Assembly: GCA_001799395.1 (NCBI GenBank)
Contig: MGTJ01000016.1
Coordinates: 6,353 to 70,352, forward strand
Direction: 5' to 3'
Source of the DNA: Desulfobacterales bacterium RIFOXYA12_FULL_46_15
GTDB taxonomy: Bacteria > Desulfobacterota > Desulfobacteria > Desulfobacterales > Desulfobacteraceae
DNA: 64,000 nucleotides
Every line of letters begins with the position of its first letter. Position 1 is the stretch's first letter. Shown in pieces: positions 18,560 through 28,800 of this stretch. A program made the position numbers and the translations under genes. The notes under the pieces were generated by a model that saw only the letters and a list, made by a program, of their open reading frames with translations, searched no databases and was not told the DNA's origin.

Positions 18560-20262
18560 GCCGATGCCTGTTCCAGAAGCTCTCTGGCATGGGAGAGGGT
18601 TGCCGGTGTAATGGTTGCACCACTGATCATGCGTGCAATTTCTTCGATCCTTTCGGTTTCCTTTTCCAACGGCACAATGGCGGTAAATGTCCGCCCGTCT
18701 ATCACTTCTTTATATATCCGGAACTGGCGGGCTGCATATTTTGCAATCTGGGCAAGATGGGTAATACAGATCACCTGATGATTTGCCGACAATTGTTTCA
18801 GTTTTAGCCCGACTTTTTCAGAGGTTGCGCCGCCGATACCGGCATCCACTTCATCAAAGATCAGGGTTTCAAGGGATTTTGTCCTGGACAGAACCGCCTT
18901 TAAGGCCAGCACAATCCTAGACAGCTCTCCGCCGGATGCTATTTTGGCAAGGGGTTTCAACGGTTCACCAGGATTGGGGCTTAATAGAAAAACAACCTTA
19001 TCCATTCCGTCCGGCCCGATTTTTTCTCCTTCCGGGGCTCCAATATCTTCTTCGTCCTTTACAGCCTGCCTGAAGAAAGAGACCTCAAATTTTGCTTTTC
19101 CCATTTCAAGGGAATTAAGCTCATCTGCAGCCAGCCGGGAGAGAGTTTCTCCTGCCGCCTTTCTAAGTCCGGACAATTCCAGGGCTTTTACACCGATGGT
19201 CCCGATAAAGGCGTTGACCTCTTTTTCATGAACCGATATCTCTTTTTCAGTGTCCGAAGTCATGACCAACTGCTGCTGCATATCTTCATAGATCTGAAAC
19301 AGAGCATCAAGGCTTCCCCCGTATTTTCTTTTCAGTTTTGAAATCATATCTCTTCTTTGATCCGTGATCTCCAGCGATGCCGGGTCAAGATCGATGGCAG
19401 AAGACGCATGGCGCAATTCCCGAGTCATATCCTCCAGGTCAAATAGGGTTCCGGACAACCTCTCGGCAATTGTTTTCAGGGTTTCATCAGCACTCCCGGC
19501 TTTTTCCAGCTCATTTTTGAGAAAGGACATCTTTTCAATGATTGACCCTTCCCTGTCATGAATTTCATGGATGGAACGATTGACTGTTTCAAAGGTTTTG
19601 GTTGCATTCAAAAGAGCCCGGTGTTTTTTATCAAGCTCTTCATCTTCATGGGGAAGAATGGCGGCAGCTCTTATTTCATCAATTTGAAATAAAATCAGAT
19701 CCTGTTCTTTTCTTTTCCGGTCCAGGATCATTTTCATCTCCCTGATCTTTTTTTTCAAGGGAAGGATAAGGGTGTAAAGCGACCGGATTTCATTTTTCAG
19801 TCCTGTTGTTCCGGCAAATTCATCCAGGATTTCCAGGTGATTGTCTTCTCTTAAGAGCCCCTGGTGGGCATGCTGACTTGAAATACCGGCCAGATCCCGG
19901 GTCAATTGTTTTAAAAGCTCTATGGTGGATTGCCTGGAATTGATAAAGATACGGCTTTTTCCTGATCCGGAAATCACTCTGCGAAGAATCAGGCCGTCTG
20001 ATGCATCCATGCCCTGATCTTCCAGAAGCTCTGCTGTTTTGGAACAGGCATCAATATCAAAAAATGCTTCCAGTTCGGCAGCCTCACACCCGGAACGGAC
20101 CAGGTCCGCAGACGCTCTGGAACCGAGCAGGAGGTTAACAGCCTCCATGATGATGGATTTACCGGTTCCGGTTTCCCCGGTTAATACGGAAAACCCGGGC
20201 TGGAACGATATTTTTAAATCATCAATGATTGCAAAGTTTTTTATGGACAGCTCGTTCAGCAT
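18556..20262 (-). CDS. recN: DNA repair protein RecN
   Basis: MLNELSIKNFAII, Walker A TGETGTGKS, IASGGELSR, FDEVDAGIGG and CITHLAQIA. Confidence 0.96.
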   Translation of the reverse strand: MLNELSIKNFAIIDDLKISFQPGFSVLTGETGTGKSIIMEAVNLLLGSRASADLVRSGCEAAELEAFFDIDACSKTAELLEDQGMDASDGLILRRVISGSGKSRIFINSRQSTIELLKQLTRDLAGISSQHAHQGLLREDNHLEILDEFAGTTGLKNEIRSLYTLILPLKKKIREMKMILDRKRKEQDLILFQIDEIRAAAILPHEDEELDKKHRALLNATKTFETVNRSIHEIHDREGSIIEKMSFLKNELEKAGSADETLKTIAERLSGTLFDLEDMTRELRHASSAIDLDPASLEITDQRRDMISKLKRKYGGSLDALFQIYEDMQQQLVMTSDTEKEISVHEKEVNAFIGTIGVKALELSGLRKAAGETLSRLAADELNSLEMGKAKFEVSFFRQAVKDEEDIGAPEGEKIGPDGMDKVVFLLSPNPGEPLKPLAKIASGGELSRIVLALKAVLSRTKSLETLIFDEVDAGIGGATSEKVGLKLKQLSANHQVICITHLAQIAKYAARQFRIYKEVIDGRTFTAIVPLEKETERIEEIARMISGATITPATLSHARELLEQASA

Positions 20263-21208
20263 AAACCCTCCTTGCGGATGAATAAACCGAATACAGCCAG
20301 GTCACCAGCACGGCGGCTACAAGCCTTGGGACCCACAGCCAGAATACCGATAGCCCGAGGGGCAGGAACAGGGCCGGATCTTCAATCATGGAATGGTTGA
20401 CCCCGATGGACAGATGTAGCTTTGTCAGCTCCTGTTTGTTATAGTTATTGGATCTTGTCTCTTCAACGATTACGGCAGCCCCATAGGCCAGGCCAAAAAT
20501 CGTTGCCGTGAGCCAGAGCATACCGGTGGAACGGCTCAACCCCATGACGGACAAAAGGGGTGAGGTGATCCGGGTGATAAAGGTGATGATATGAAAGAGT
20601 TTGGCAAGCTCCATGACCACCATCAGCGGCATGATGATGCAGAAAATCTGAACTGCCAGCTTTAAGGTCCCCCATCCCCAGGATTTGAACATTACCATGA
20701 ACGGTTTTGCTTCCCGGACCAGATGGCCTATGGATTCCGCATCGCCCGGATTCAATGCCACACCCATCAGCTTTGCGCAGATAAAAGTCACCAGGAATGC
20801 AGTAATGATCCTGTAAAAAGCAGCAAACGCAGCATTCATGCCTGAATTGCCCTGGACAAGACTTTCCTGGATAATATTATGGGAGATAAGGGTGAAAATA
20901 GCAATCAGGGTCATCTGATCAACGGAAAAGGGCATTACGGAAAGGGCGGCCACAGTGCCGTAGATTCCTGTAAAAAGACCGATGATCAGCACCAGTGCGG
21001 CAGAAGCCGGCAGACTGAGCCAGGTCATGACGGGTGTTAAAAGAAAATCAAGCTTATATATAACCCCGAAATTCACCAGAAGGGCTGTGGCAAAGGAGAT
21101 GGGGATCAAAATCTTCAGAAGCCAGACAAACCCTTTCCCTCCTTTGATCAGGCCCTGGCACACCCCGGATTTTAATTTTGGGAAAATATCTTCAGTCCTG
21201 GACGTCAT
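20222..21208 (-). CDS. Two-Gate (nucleoside recognition domain) membrane protein
   Basis: Multi-TM protein with two homologous halves (LLKILIPISF / LAVQIFCIIMP; GIYGTVA / GLAYGAA; SHNIIQE / NHSMIED). Confidence 0.75.
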   Translation of the reverse strand: MTSRTEDIFPKLKSGVCQGLIKGGKGFVWLLKILIPISFATALLVNFGVIYKLDFLLTPVMTWLSLPASAALVLIIGLFTGIYGTVAALSVMPFSVDQMTLIAIFTLISHNIIQESLVQGNSGMNAAFAAFYRIITAFLVTFICAKLMGVALNPGDAESIGHLVREAKPFMVMFKSWGWGTLKLAVQIFCIIMPLMVVMELAKLFHIITFITRITSPLLSVMGLSRSTGMLWLTATIFGLAYGAAVIVEETRSNNYNKQELTKLHLSIGVNHSMIEDPALFLPLGLSVFWLWVPRLVAAVLVTWLYSVYSSARRVYAERAVHKKLCNH

Positions 21209-21374
21209 TTGAAGGAATGTCTTTATTCACGGTTTTTTTAACGGTTTCATCAACCGTGGCATAAATATCCTTAAAGGACTCATGGAAATTTGAAGGCGAT
21301 AACCTTCCCATTTCAATGAATTTCACGACAATTTCCTTGGCCGCTCTTAATATCTGTTCATCAATTGATTTCAT
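21192..21374 (-). CDS. Conserved small hypothetical protein (60 aa)
   Basis: ILRAAKEIVVKFIEMGRLSP-F-E-F-IY pattern, recognised from memory as typical of deltaproteobacteria; its stop overlaps the next start. Confidence 0.75.
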   Translation of the reverse strand: MKSIDEQILRAAKEIVVKFIEMGRLSPSNFHESFKDIYATVDETVKKTVNKDIPSNDVQD

Positions 21375-21380
21375 ACCGCC

Positions 21381-21409
21381 TGAATATCAGAACTCTTTAC
21401 CAAGGTCAA
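21381..21409 (-). promoter_or_regulatory. Putative sigma70 promoter, possibly giving a leaderless mRNA
   Basis: Minus strand TTGACC, 17 nt, TATTCA with an extended -10 TG; 6 nt before ATG 21374. Confidence 0.4.
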
Positions 21410-21429
21410 GAATTTGAAATGTTTTTGTA

Positions 21430-21457
21430 TTGCCTTGAAAAATAAAATGGTTATAAT
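21430..21457 (+). promoter_or_regulatory. Putative sigma70 promoter for the TraB/GumN gene
   Basis: TTGCCT, 16 nt, perfect TATAAT (21452-21457). Confidence 0.5.
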
Positions 21458-21501
21458 ACGGGTCTGTTTTAATTAATTATAAAAAAAGGTATGTAAAATT
21501 C

Positions 21502-22686
21502 ATGGAAACCAGGGTGGAAGAAAAAAACAACATGGTAGACATTCTTACCTGTGACGGGAAACAGATACTTCTGATCGGCACTGCCCATGTGTCCAGGCAG
21601 AGCGCAAAGCTTGTTGAAGACACCATCCATGAACAGAATCCGGACACGGTCTGTGTTGAATTGTGTGAAACAAGGCTTGCATCACTGAAGGATGCAGACA
21701 GATGGCGCAACATGGATATTGTCAAAGTCATAAAAGAAAAAAAAGCGCTCATGCTTTTCATGAACCTGCTTCTGGCGTCGTTCCAGAAAAAAATGGCTGA
21801 TAAATTCGATATCAAACCCGGTCAGGAAATGATCAATGCAATCCATGCTGCAGAAAAAATCAATGCCCGCCTCATCCCGGCAGACCGGGAAATCCAGGTC
21901 ACTCTTTCCAGGGTCTGGCGGGGAATGGGATTCTGGGAAAAAATAAAATTCATATCTTCCCTTGTTTTCTCCTTTGGCGCCGCCGATGATATCAAAGAAG
22001 AAGACATTGAAAAAATGAAGCAGGAGGATATTCTCCAAACGCTTTTAGCAGATGTAAAAAAGACTCACCCGATTATTGAAAAGACCCTGATCAATGAAAG
22101 GGATCAATTCCTTGCTGAAAAAATAAGGACTGCACCGGGTGAAAAAATTGTGGCAGTGGTAGGTGCTGCCCATGCCCCAGGAATTAAAAAATACCTGTTT
22201 TCCCATGATGGAATAGACATTTCCGAACTTAACCGGATTCCACCGGCAGGCAAAGCGGGTCAAATTTTAAAATGGCTTATTCCAGCTGTTATTTTCTTTC
22301 TCATCGTACTGGGTTTTTCAATGAAAGGAAAATCTGCCGGCGCTGATATGATATGGATATGGATCGCCGCCCACGGCCTGCTGGCAGGACTTGGCGCCAT
22401 CCTGGCCATGGCCCATCCGCTGACCATTCTCTCGGCGGTCCTTGTTGCCCCCCTAACCTCTCTCAATCCCATGATTGCTGCCGGGTGGGTATCCGGGCTT
22501 GTTGAAGCCTTTACAAAAAAACCCAAGGTTAAAGACCTTGAAGCCATTCCCCAGGATATAAGTTCCATCAAAGGATTCTGGCGCAACAATGTCACAAGGA
22601 TTCTTCTGGTCGTTGTTTTTACAAACCTTGGATCATCCATCGGAACTATGACGGCAGTGCCTTTAATGCTGAAGCTGTTCAACTGA
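21502..22686 (+). CDS. TraB/PrgY/GumN family protein with C-terminal TM region
   Basis: IGTAHVS, VCVELC, PGQEM, LINERD and VVGAAHAPGI motifs; hydrophobic C-terminus. Confidence 0.9.
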   Translation: METRVEEKNNMVDILTCDGKQILLIGTAHVSRQSAKLVEDTIHEQNPDTVCVELCETRLASLKDADRWRNMDIVKVIKEKKALMLFMNLLLASFQKKMADKFDIKPGQEMINAIHAAEKINARLIPADREIQVTLSRVWRGMGFWEKIKFISSLVFSFGAADDIKEEDIEKMKQEDILQTLLADVKKTHPIIEKTLINERDQFLAEKIRTAPGEKIVAVVGAAHAPGIKKYLFSHDGIDISELNRIPPAGKAGQILKWLIPAVIFFLIVLGFSMKGKSAGADMIWIWIAAHGLLAGLGAILAMAHPLTILSAVLVAPLTSLNPMIAAGWVSGLVEAFTKKPKVKDLEAIPQDISSIKGFWRNNVTRILLVVVFTNLGSSIGTMTAVPLMLKLFN

Positions 22687-22791
22687 TCCAAAATTTTTTC
22701 TTCTTTGCCAAACCTATTGCATTTTATTTTTTTTTCTATAAGCTTAATCTCATAATAGTCACAAAATCCTATACCCTGACAGGAAAAAACA

Positions 22792-24534
22792 TTGGCTCTC
22801 TTAAGCTTTCTAACTCTTTCAAAAAAGGCCCAGAAAGGGTTTAAACGTTTTTTTTATAACATAGAAGCGGCTGCGCTTGGGGATCTCCGGACTGCCTTAA
22901 AAAAACAGACAGATTTAGCAGAAGCCATGACATTGAAAGCACAAGCGGCAAATAAATCAAAATCAGCTTTCCTGGCTAATATGAGCCATGAAATCAGAAC
23001 CCCCATGAACAGAGTCATTGGTATGCTTGAAATGCTGACGGGAACAGACCTTACACCGGAACAAAAAGACTATGCCCAATCTGCGCAGCATGGCGCAGAC
23101 TCATTGCTTGTACTGATCAATGATATCCTTGATTTTTCAAAAATCGAAGCCGGCAAGATTGAAATGGCACATATTGAATTTGACCTTGAAGTAGCACTGG
23201 ATTCATTTACAGACGCTATGGCCATTAAAGCTTTTGAAAAAGGTATCGAATTTGCATGCCTGATCAGGGAAAATGTTCCGGTAAACCTGATCGGTGATCC
23301 GGGAAGGCTGCGCCAGATCCTGACAAATCTTGCCGGAAATGCAGTCAAATTTGTAAATCAAGGTGAAGTCTTTATCAGGATTTCTGCAAACCGGGACAGC
23401 ACAGATGAGGCAGAGCTCCTGTTTGAGGTCATGGATTCCGGCATCGGGATTTCACACGATAAACTCGGTTCCCTGTTCGATCCTTTTACCCAGGCAGATG
23501 ACTCTGCCACGCGAAAATATGGCGGGACCGGCCTTGGCCTGGCCATATCAAAACAATTGGCAGCTCTTCTGGGCGGGGCAATCGGTGTTGAAAGCGAAAT
23601 CGGCAAAGGGTCAAGATTCTTTTTTACCGCAGTATTTAAAAAGCAAAAAACAGAACAAAAAAAGATTCATCTGATCAAAGATATCAGAAAAGAAAAAATC
23701 CTGGTGGTAGACAGTAAACCGGTTAATCACCAGGTTTTTGAGGAATACCTCAACTCATGGGGATGCAGATTTGAAATCGCCAAAAGCGCTGATTTAGCAC
23801 TCAGCATCCTGAAACAAGCAGCCCTGGACAAGGCCCCGTTTACCATTGCCGTTATTGATCATACCATGCCGCTGATTACAGGTGAAGATCTTGGCCGGAT
23901 CATCAAACAGGATCATACCCTTTCCGATACCGTCCTGGTGTTGCTGTCATCCACTGCCTTCAGGGGAGATGCAGCCAAAATCAAAGATATAGGGTTTGCT
24001 GCGTTTCTGACAAAACCCGTTAAAAGGGAAAAACTCTTTGATTGTCTCAGGGTCATTGCAAGCCTTTCCCTTCAAGAGCTGAATGATCCTTTAAGAGAGC
24101 TGATTACCAGTTACCGGGTAGAAGAGATGAAAGAAAAAACCATGGATATCATTCCCGGGAAACGGATTCTCCTGGCTGAAGACAATAAGGTCAATCAGAA
24201 AGTGGCAAGCCTGATGCTGGGTAAAATCGGCCATGGTATCATTATTGCCAATAACGGGAAAGAAGCGGTCAAACTCTTTACCGAAGACCGGTTTGATGTC
24301 ATCCTGATGGATATTCAAATGCCGGAAATGGATGGGTTACAGGCTACCCGGGCCATCCGGGAAATTGAAAAATCAAGGGGCGGCCGGATACCTATCATTG
24401 CCTTGACGGCTAATGCCATGAAAGGGGATTGCGAACGATTTATTGCTGCCGGCATGGATGGCTATATATCAAAGCCCATCAAAATAAAAAATATCACTGA
24501 AACTCTGGCAAAAATTTTTAAAAACGCTTTGTGA
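22792..24534 (+). CDS. Cytoplasmic hybrid histidine kinase HisKA-HATPase-REC-REC without a sensor domain
   Basis: [34 protein letters not shown] and two REC domains. Start uncertain (TTG 22792, or ATG before MTLKAQ). Confidence 0.8.
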   Translation: MALLSFLTLSKKAQKGFKRFFYNIEAAALGDLRTALKKQTDLAEAMTLKAQAANKSKSAFLANMSHEIRTPMNRVIGMLEMLTGTDLTPEQKDYAQSAQHGADSLLVLINDILDFSKIEAGKIEMAHIEFDLEVALDSFTDAMAIKAFEKGIEFACLIRENVPVNLIGDPGRLRQILTNLAGNAVKFVNQGEVFIRISANRDSTDEAELLFEVMDSGIGISHDKLGSLFDPFTQADDSATRKYGGTGLGLAISKQLAALLGGAIGVESEIGKGSRFFFTAVFKKQKTEQKKIHLIKDIRKEKILVVDSKPVNHQVFEEYLNSWGCRFEIAKSADLALSILKQAALDKAPFTIAVIDHTMPLITGEDLGRIIKQDHTLSDTVLVLLSSTAFRGDAAKIKDIGFAAFLTKPVKREKLFDCLRVIASLSLQELNDPLRELITSYRVEEMKEKTMDIIPGKRILLAEDNKVNQKVASLMLGKIGHGIIIANNGKEAVKLFTEDRFDVILMDIQMPEMDGLQATRAIREIEKSRGGRIPIIALTANAMKGDCERFIAAGMDGYISKPIKIKNITETLAKIFKNAL

Positions 24535-24636
24535 TCAGGAAGAATCCTTTTCATTGCTTTTCCAATCCGATTTTAATATAAAAACTTATATTTAGGCTTT
24601 GCATATTCAAAATGATGACTGGAAGGGATGTTTATC

Positions 24637-25848
24637 ATGGATGTCTATGTCGCACGCCAACCTGTCTTTAATACCCGGAAAAAAATTATTGGGTATGAAC
24701 TTCTTTTCAGGGACGGGCTTAAAAATGCTTTCCCTAATATTGACGGAGATATTGCCACATCCAATGTTCTTTCAAATACTTTTTTCTCTTTTGAACTCAA
24801 AGAAATCCTGGGCAAGACTCCGGGGCTGATCAATTTCACAAAAGACCTTATTCTTGAAAAGATACCGCTTCTCTTCCCCCCACAGTACATTATCATAGAA
24901 GTGCTTGAAAATATCGAACCTGACGATGAAATCCTTAATGCACTGAAAAAATTAAAAAAAAAGGGGTTTACCATTGCCCTTGATGATTTTGTCTATCACA
25001 AAAAATTCAGACCCATGATGGAATTGTGCAAAATCATTAAATTCGATCTTACGGCAACCCCGCTGGAAAATCTTACCGGCATTATCAAAGACATTCGGGA
25101 AAATTTCAATATCACCCTTCTTGCTGAAAAAGTGGAAACCTATGAAATCTTTGAACAGGCAAAAAAAATGGGATTTCACCTGTTTCAAGGATATTTTTTT
25201 TCAAAACCTGAAATTCTTTCCAAAAAAGAAATTTCCTCAAGCCATATCGCCCTGCTAAAACTGATAAACGAAGCAGGACGGGATGACCTGGATTATCCTA
25301 AGCTTGAGAGTATCATCAAACAATGCGTTTCCGTATCCTTTAAGCTTCTCAAATTCATCAATTCCGCTTATTTTAAAAGACCTTCACCCATCAACACGGT
25401 TAAGGATGCCATGACCTATCTAGGCGTCAGCGAACTCAGAAAATTCATCCATGTTGTTGCTGTATCAGATCTTGGCACAGACAAACCTGCCGCGCTCATA
25501 CTGACCTCTGTCATCCGCGCCAGGATGTGTGAGCTTTGCGGAACAGTCTTGAAAACCCGGTTTTCAACTGAGGAATTGTTCACACTGGGGCTTTTTTCAT
25601 TGATAGATGCCCTTCTGGATCAACCCATGGAAGATATTCTGAACGCTACCTCGTTTTCAAAAACAATAAAAACCGCACTGCAAAAAAAAGATAAAGAATT
25701 TACAACAATTTTAAATATCGTTAACAGTTTTGAACAGGGAAGGTGGAACGACAATTTTTTCACTCTCATGTCAGATACCCCAATAGCAAAAAAACTTCCT
25801 GAATTCTATCTGGATGCGGTCAGAATGGTCAATTCATTTCTCAGTTAA
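24637..25848 (+). CDS. EAL-HDOD domain protein (YuxH/CdgJ-like)
   Basis: YVARQP, GYELLFR, IALDDF, LAEKVET and FQGYFFSKP, then HDOD (KLLKFINSAYF). Confidence 0.92.
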   Translation: MDVYVARQPVFNTRKKIIGYELLFRDGLKNAFPNIDGDIATSNVLSNTFFSFELKEILGKTPGLINFTKDLILEKIPLLFPPQYIIIEVLENIEPDDEILNALKKLKKKGFTIALDDFVYHKKFRPMMELCKIIKFDLTATPLENLTGIIKDIRENFNITLLAEKVETYEIFEQAKKMGFHLFQGYFFSKPEILSKKEISSSHIALLKLINEAGRDDLDYPKLESIIKQCVSVSFKLLKFINSAYFKRPSPINTVKDAMTYLGVSELRKFIHVVAVSDLGTDKPAALILTSVIRARMCELCGTVLKTRFSTEELFTLGLFSLIDALLDQPMEDILNATSFSKTIKTALQKKDKEFTTILNIVNSFEQGRWNDNFFTLMSDTPIAKKLPEFYLDAVRMVNSFLS

Positions 25849-25871
25849 GGCAGATTCTTGAAAAACTTGCG

Positions 25872-28800
25872 TCAATGGGCCTTAACAAACCGGCAAAGGC
25901 TTTCATATTCAGATACCAGCCTGTTTAAAAGATCTTCCAGATGATCCGGCTTTTGTTCTTTCCCTGCTTTTTCAAGGGAAGAGGCTGCTTCAGACAATTT
26001 CATGGCCCTCAGGTTAGCGGCTCCGCCTTTGATGGCATGCCCCTGTTTCCGGAGTGTTTCAAAATCTTGGGCCGCGATGGCGGAACGAATGATTTCAAGC
26101 TGTTGCTCAATATCATTCAAAAATTCAGCCACAAGTTCATTTAAAAAACTCTCATCATTATCAAATTCTTTAAGCGCTTTTGGCTTATCCATGGGCGGAG
26201 AAGATGATTCTAAGACATTTTCAGTTTCTTTTTCAGACATGAAATCTCTCACAGCCTGACGGGTCGGCACCCATTTTTCAACCATGGCGATCAGATCCTT
26301 TCTTTTCAGCGGTTTTGTCAGATAATCATCCATATCCGCCTGAATGCATTTTTCCCTGTATCCTTTCATGGCATGGGCCGTCACGGCAATCAAAGGTGTA
26401 TGTAAGGGCTTTACCAGATTCTTGGATATGTGCTTCTCAATCTCCCGGATTTTTCGTGTGGCTTCGTAACCATCCATTTCCGGCATTTGGATATCCATAA
26501 AAATCACGTCAAATTGTGATTTTTTAAAAAATTCAACCGCCTGGATGCCGTTTTCAGCCAGGACGGGATGAAACCCGGCACTGCTTAAATGTTTCATGGC
26601 AATCTGCTGATTGGTGGGATAGTCTTCTGCTACCAGGATGGTGATATCTTTTCTTACTGATTCTTCAATAGAGTGTTTTGTAACTAGTTGCCTGTCTTCA
26701 AGGGCCTGTTTGTCAATCATCCCCAGGACCCCTGCAATGGTCATCCGGAGTTCTTTTTTTCTGACCGGTTTGGGCAGGTATCCGTCAATACCGATATCCC
26801 TGCAACGCCTTGCATCCCCTGCCATCCCCACGGAGGCCGTAAGAATAACAGGAATCCTGTCCAATGCTTTTTCCCTGCGGATTTTTTCTGCAAATTCAAA
26901 ACCATCTGTTTTCGATGAATGATTATCAGTGATAATCAGATCTATTTTCCGATGGGATTCTATTGGTTTCATCATTTTAAGAGCTTCTTCTCCGGTACTG
27001 GCAGAAACGGAGTCACACCCGAAGGCTTTCAGGTATTTTGAAATAATATACTGATGAATTGGATCGGCATCCACGATGAGGATGGTCAAACCTTTCAAAT
27101 CGAGGAAAAGTCCATGATCAGAAGATTTGTTTATAATCTTATGTCCAAACTCTATAACAAACCAGAAATGTGATCCTTCCCCTTCTTTGCTTTCAAGACC
27201 GATCCGTCCTCCCATAAGTTCTACCAATTGTTTTGAAATGGTGGTTCCAAGACCTGTGCCCCCATATTTTCTTGTCGTTGATCCATCTGCCTGGGAAAAG
27301 CTGTCAAAAATATGGTCATGCTTTTCAGGAGGAATTCCGATTCCTGTGTCTTTTACCTCAAACCGGATACCGACCTTATCTTTTACCTCACTGATCTTTT
27401 TTCCGCTGATGAATATTTCGCCCTGGCTGGTAAATTTGAGGGCATTCCCCACAAGATTCATGAAAATCTGGCGCAGTTTCCCTGGGTCGCCTTTCAGACC
27501 GGCAGGAATATCCGGGTCCAGGAATGAAAAGAACTCAAGCCCTTTCTGGCCTGCCCGGATACTGAACATGGAGGAAAGATCTTCAAAAATCTTTCTCAGA
27601 TCAAAATCTATTTCTTCAAGTTCCATTTTCCCGGCTTCAATTTTTGAGAAATCAAGGATATCATTGATAATATCCAAAAGAGAGTCTGCCTCTGTATTGA
27701 TGGTCCGGATATATTTTTTCTGACCCTCGGTCAAAGGACTGTCCAAAAGAATTTCAGCCATACCGATGACACCGTTGAGAGGGGTCCGGATTTCATGGCT
27801 CATATTGGCCAGGAATTCGGATTTGGCCAGGCTTGCAGCTTCGGCTGCCTTGGCAAGCGCATTGGCCCGGAGGGTCTCATTGATCAGGCCGGCTTCTGCT
27901 TTTTTCTGCTCGGTGATATCAACAAAGCTTTCCAGGAGAAAGTCCTCACCGTTTAAGACCACCTGATTGACTGTCTTAAGGATTGGGATTTTTTCCCCCC
28001 TGATATTGAGCATGTATTTTTCGGAATTATCCACCTGAATATGAAGATCCGTGATGGGGCACCGGCCTTCCTCGTTCGGGCAAAGAAAATGATGACATCG
28101 TTTTCCGACAATCATTTGTGATGTACTGCCGAACAGTTTGGCTGCCGCCGGGTTGACAAAATCGATTCTGTGCGTTTCGGCATGAATCAGTACCACCCCG
28201 GCCTGGAGGTTTTCCATGATAGTCCTGGTGGTTTCAGATGCTTCTTCTGCTTTTTCCTTGGCCCTGTGAAGATCATCCAGGGCTTCACGTCTTTCAATGG
28301 CAAGGGCAACCTGGTTTGAAACCGATATAAGGACTTGAAGATCCTTGCTGCTGAAATGTTCCGGATCAGTATAACTTTGTGTAGCCATAATTCCAATGGT
28401 TCTGTCCCGGCTGACCAATGGAACACCCAGCCAGCTTTCAGGTATATGCCCGATCATTTTTTGATTCTTTGACCGGTTCAAAAGATCCTGCTTCTTCAAG
28501 AATAAGGGGTTTTGACTTAAAACAACTTCACTGGACAAGGATGTCCCGGTGGAAATATTGGAAATTTTTGTAATGTGTTTATCATATTGATCCACATGAT
28601 AGGGGACAACAATCACATCCTTTTCCCTGTCATAGATCCCGATATAAAAATTAGGCATCTCGACAATATCATTCAGATAATGATGAATCAGAGGGTATAA
28701 TTCATCAAGGTTCCGGGTTGTGTTAACGGCTGTTGAAATATTAAAAATAGAGGTGTTTATCTTTTTTGCATAATTTTTTTGAAGCGTCTCTTCTTCAAGT

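Noticed and set aside
21502-22686. TraB name suggesting a conjugative element
   Set aside because: TraB/GumN family proteins are common chromosomal genes; no T4SS, relaxase or integrase in the window.
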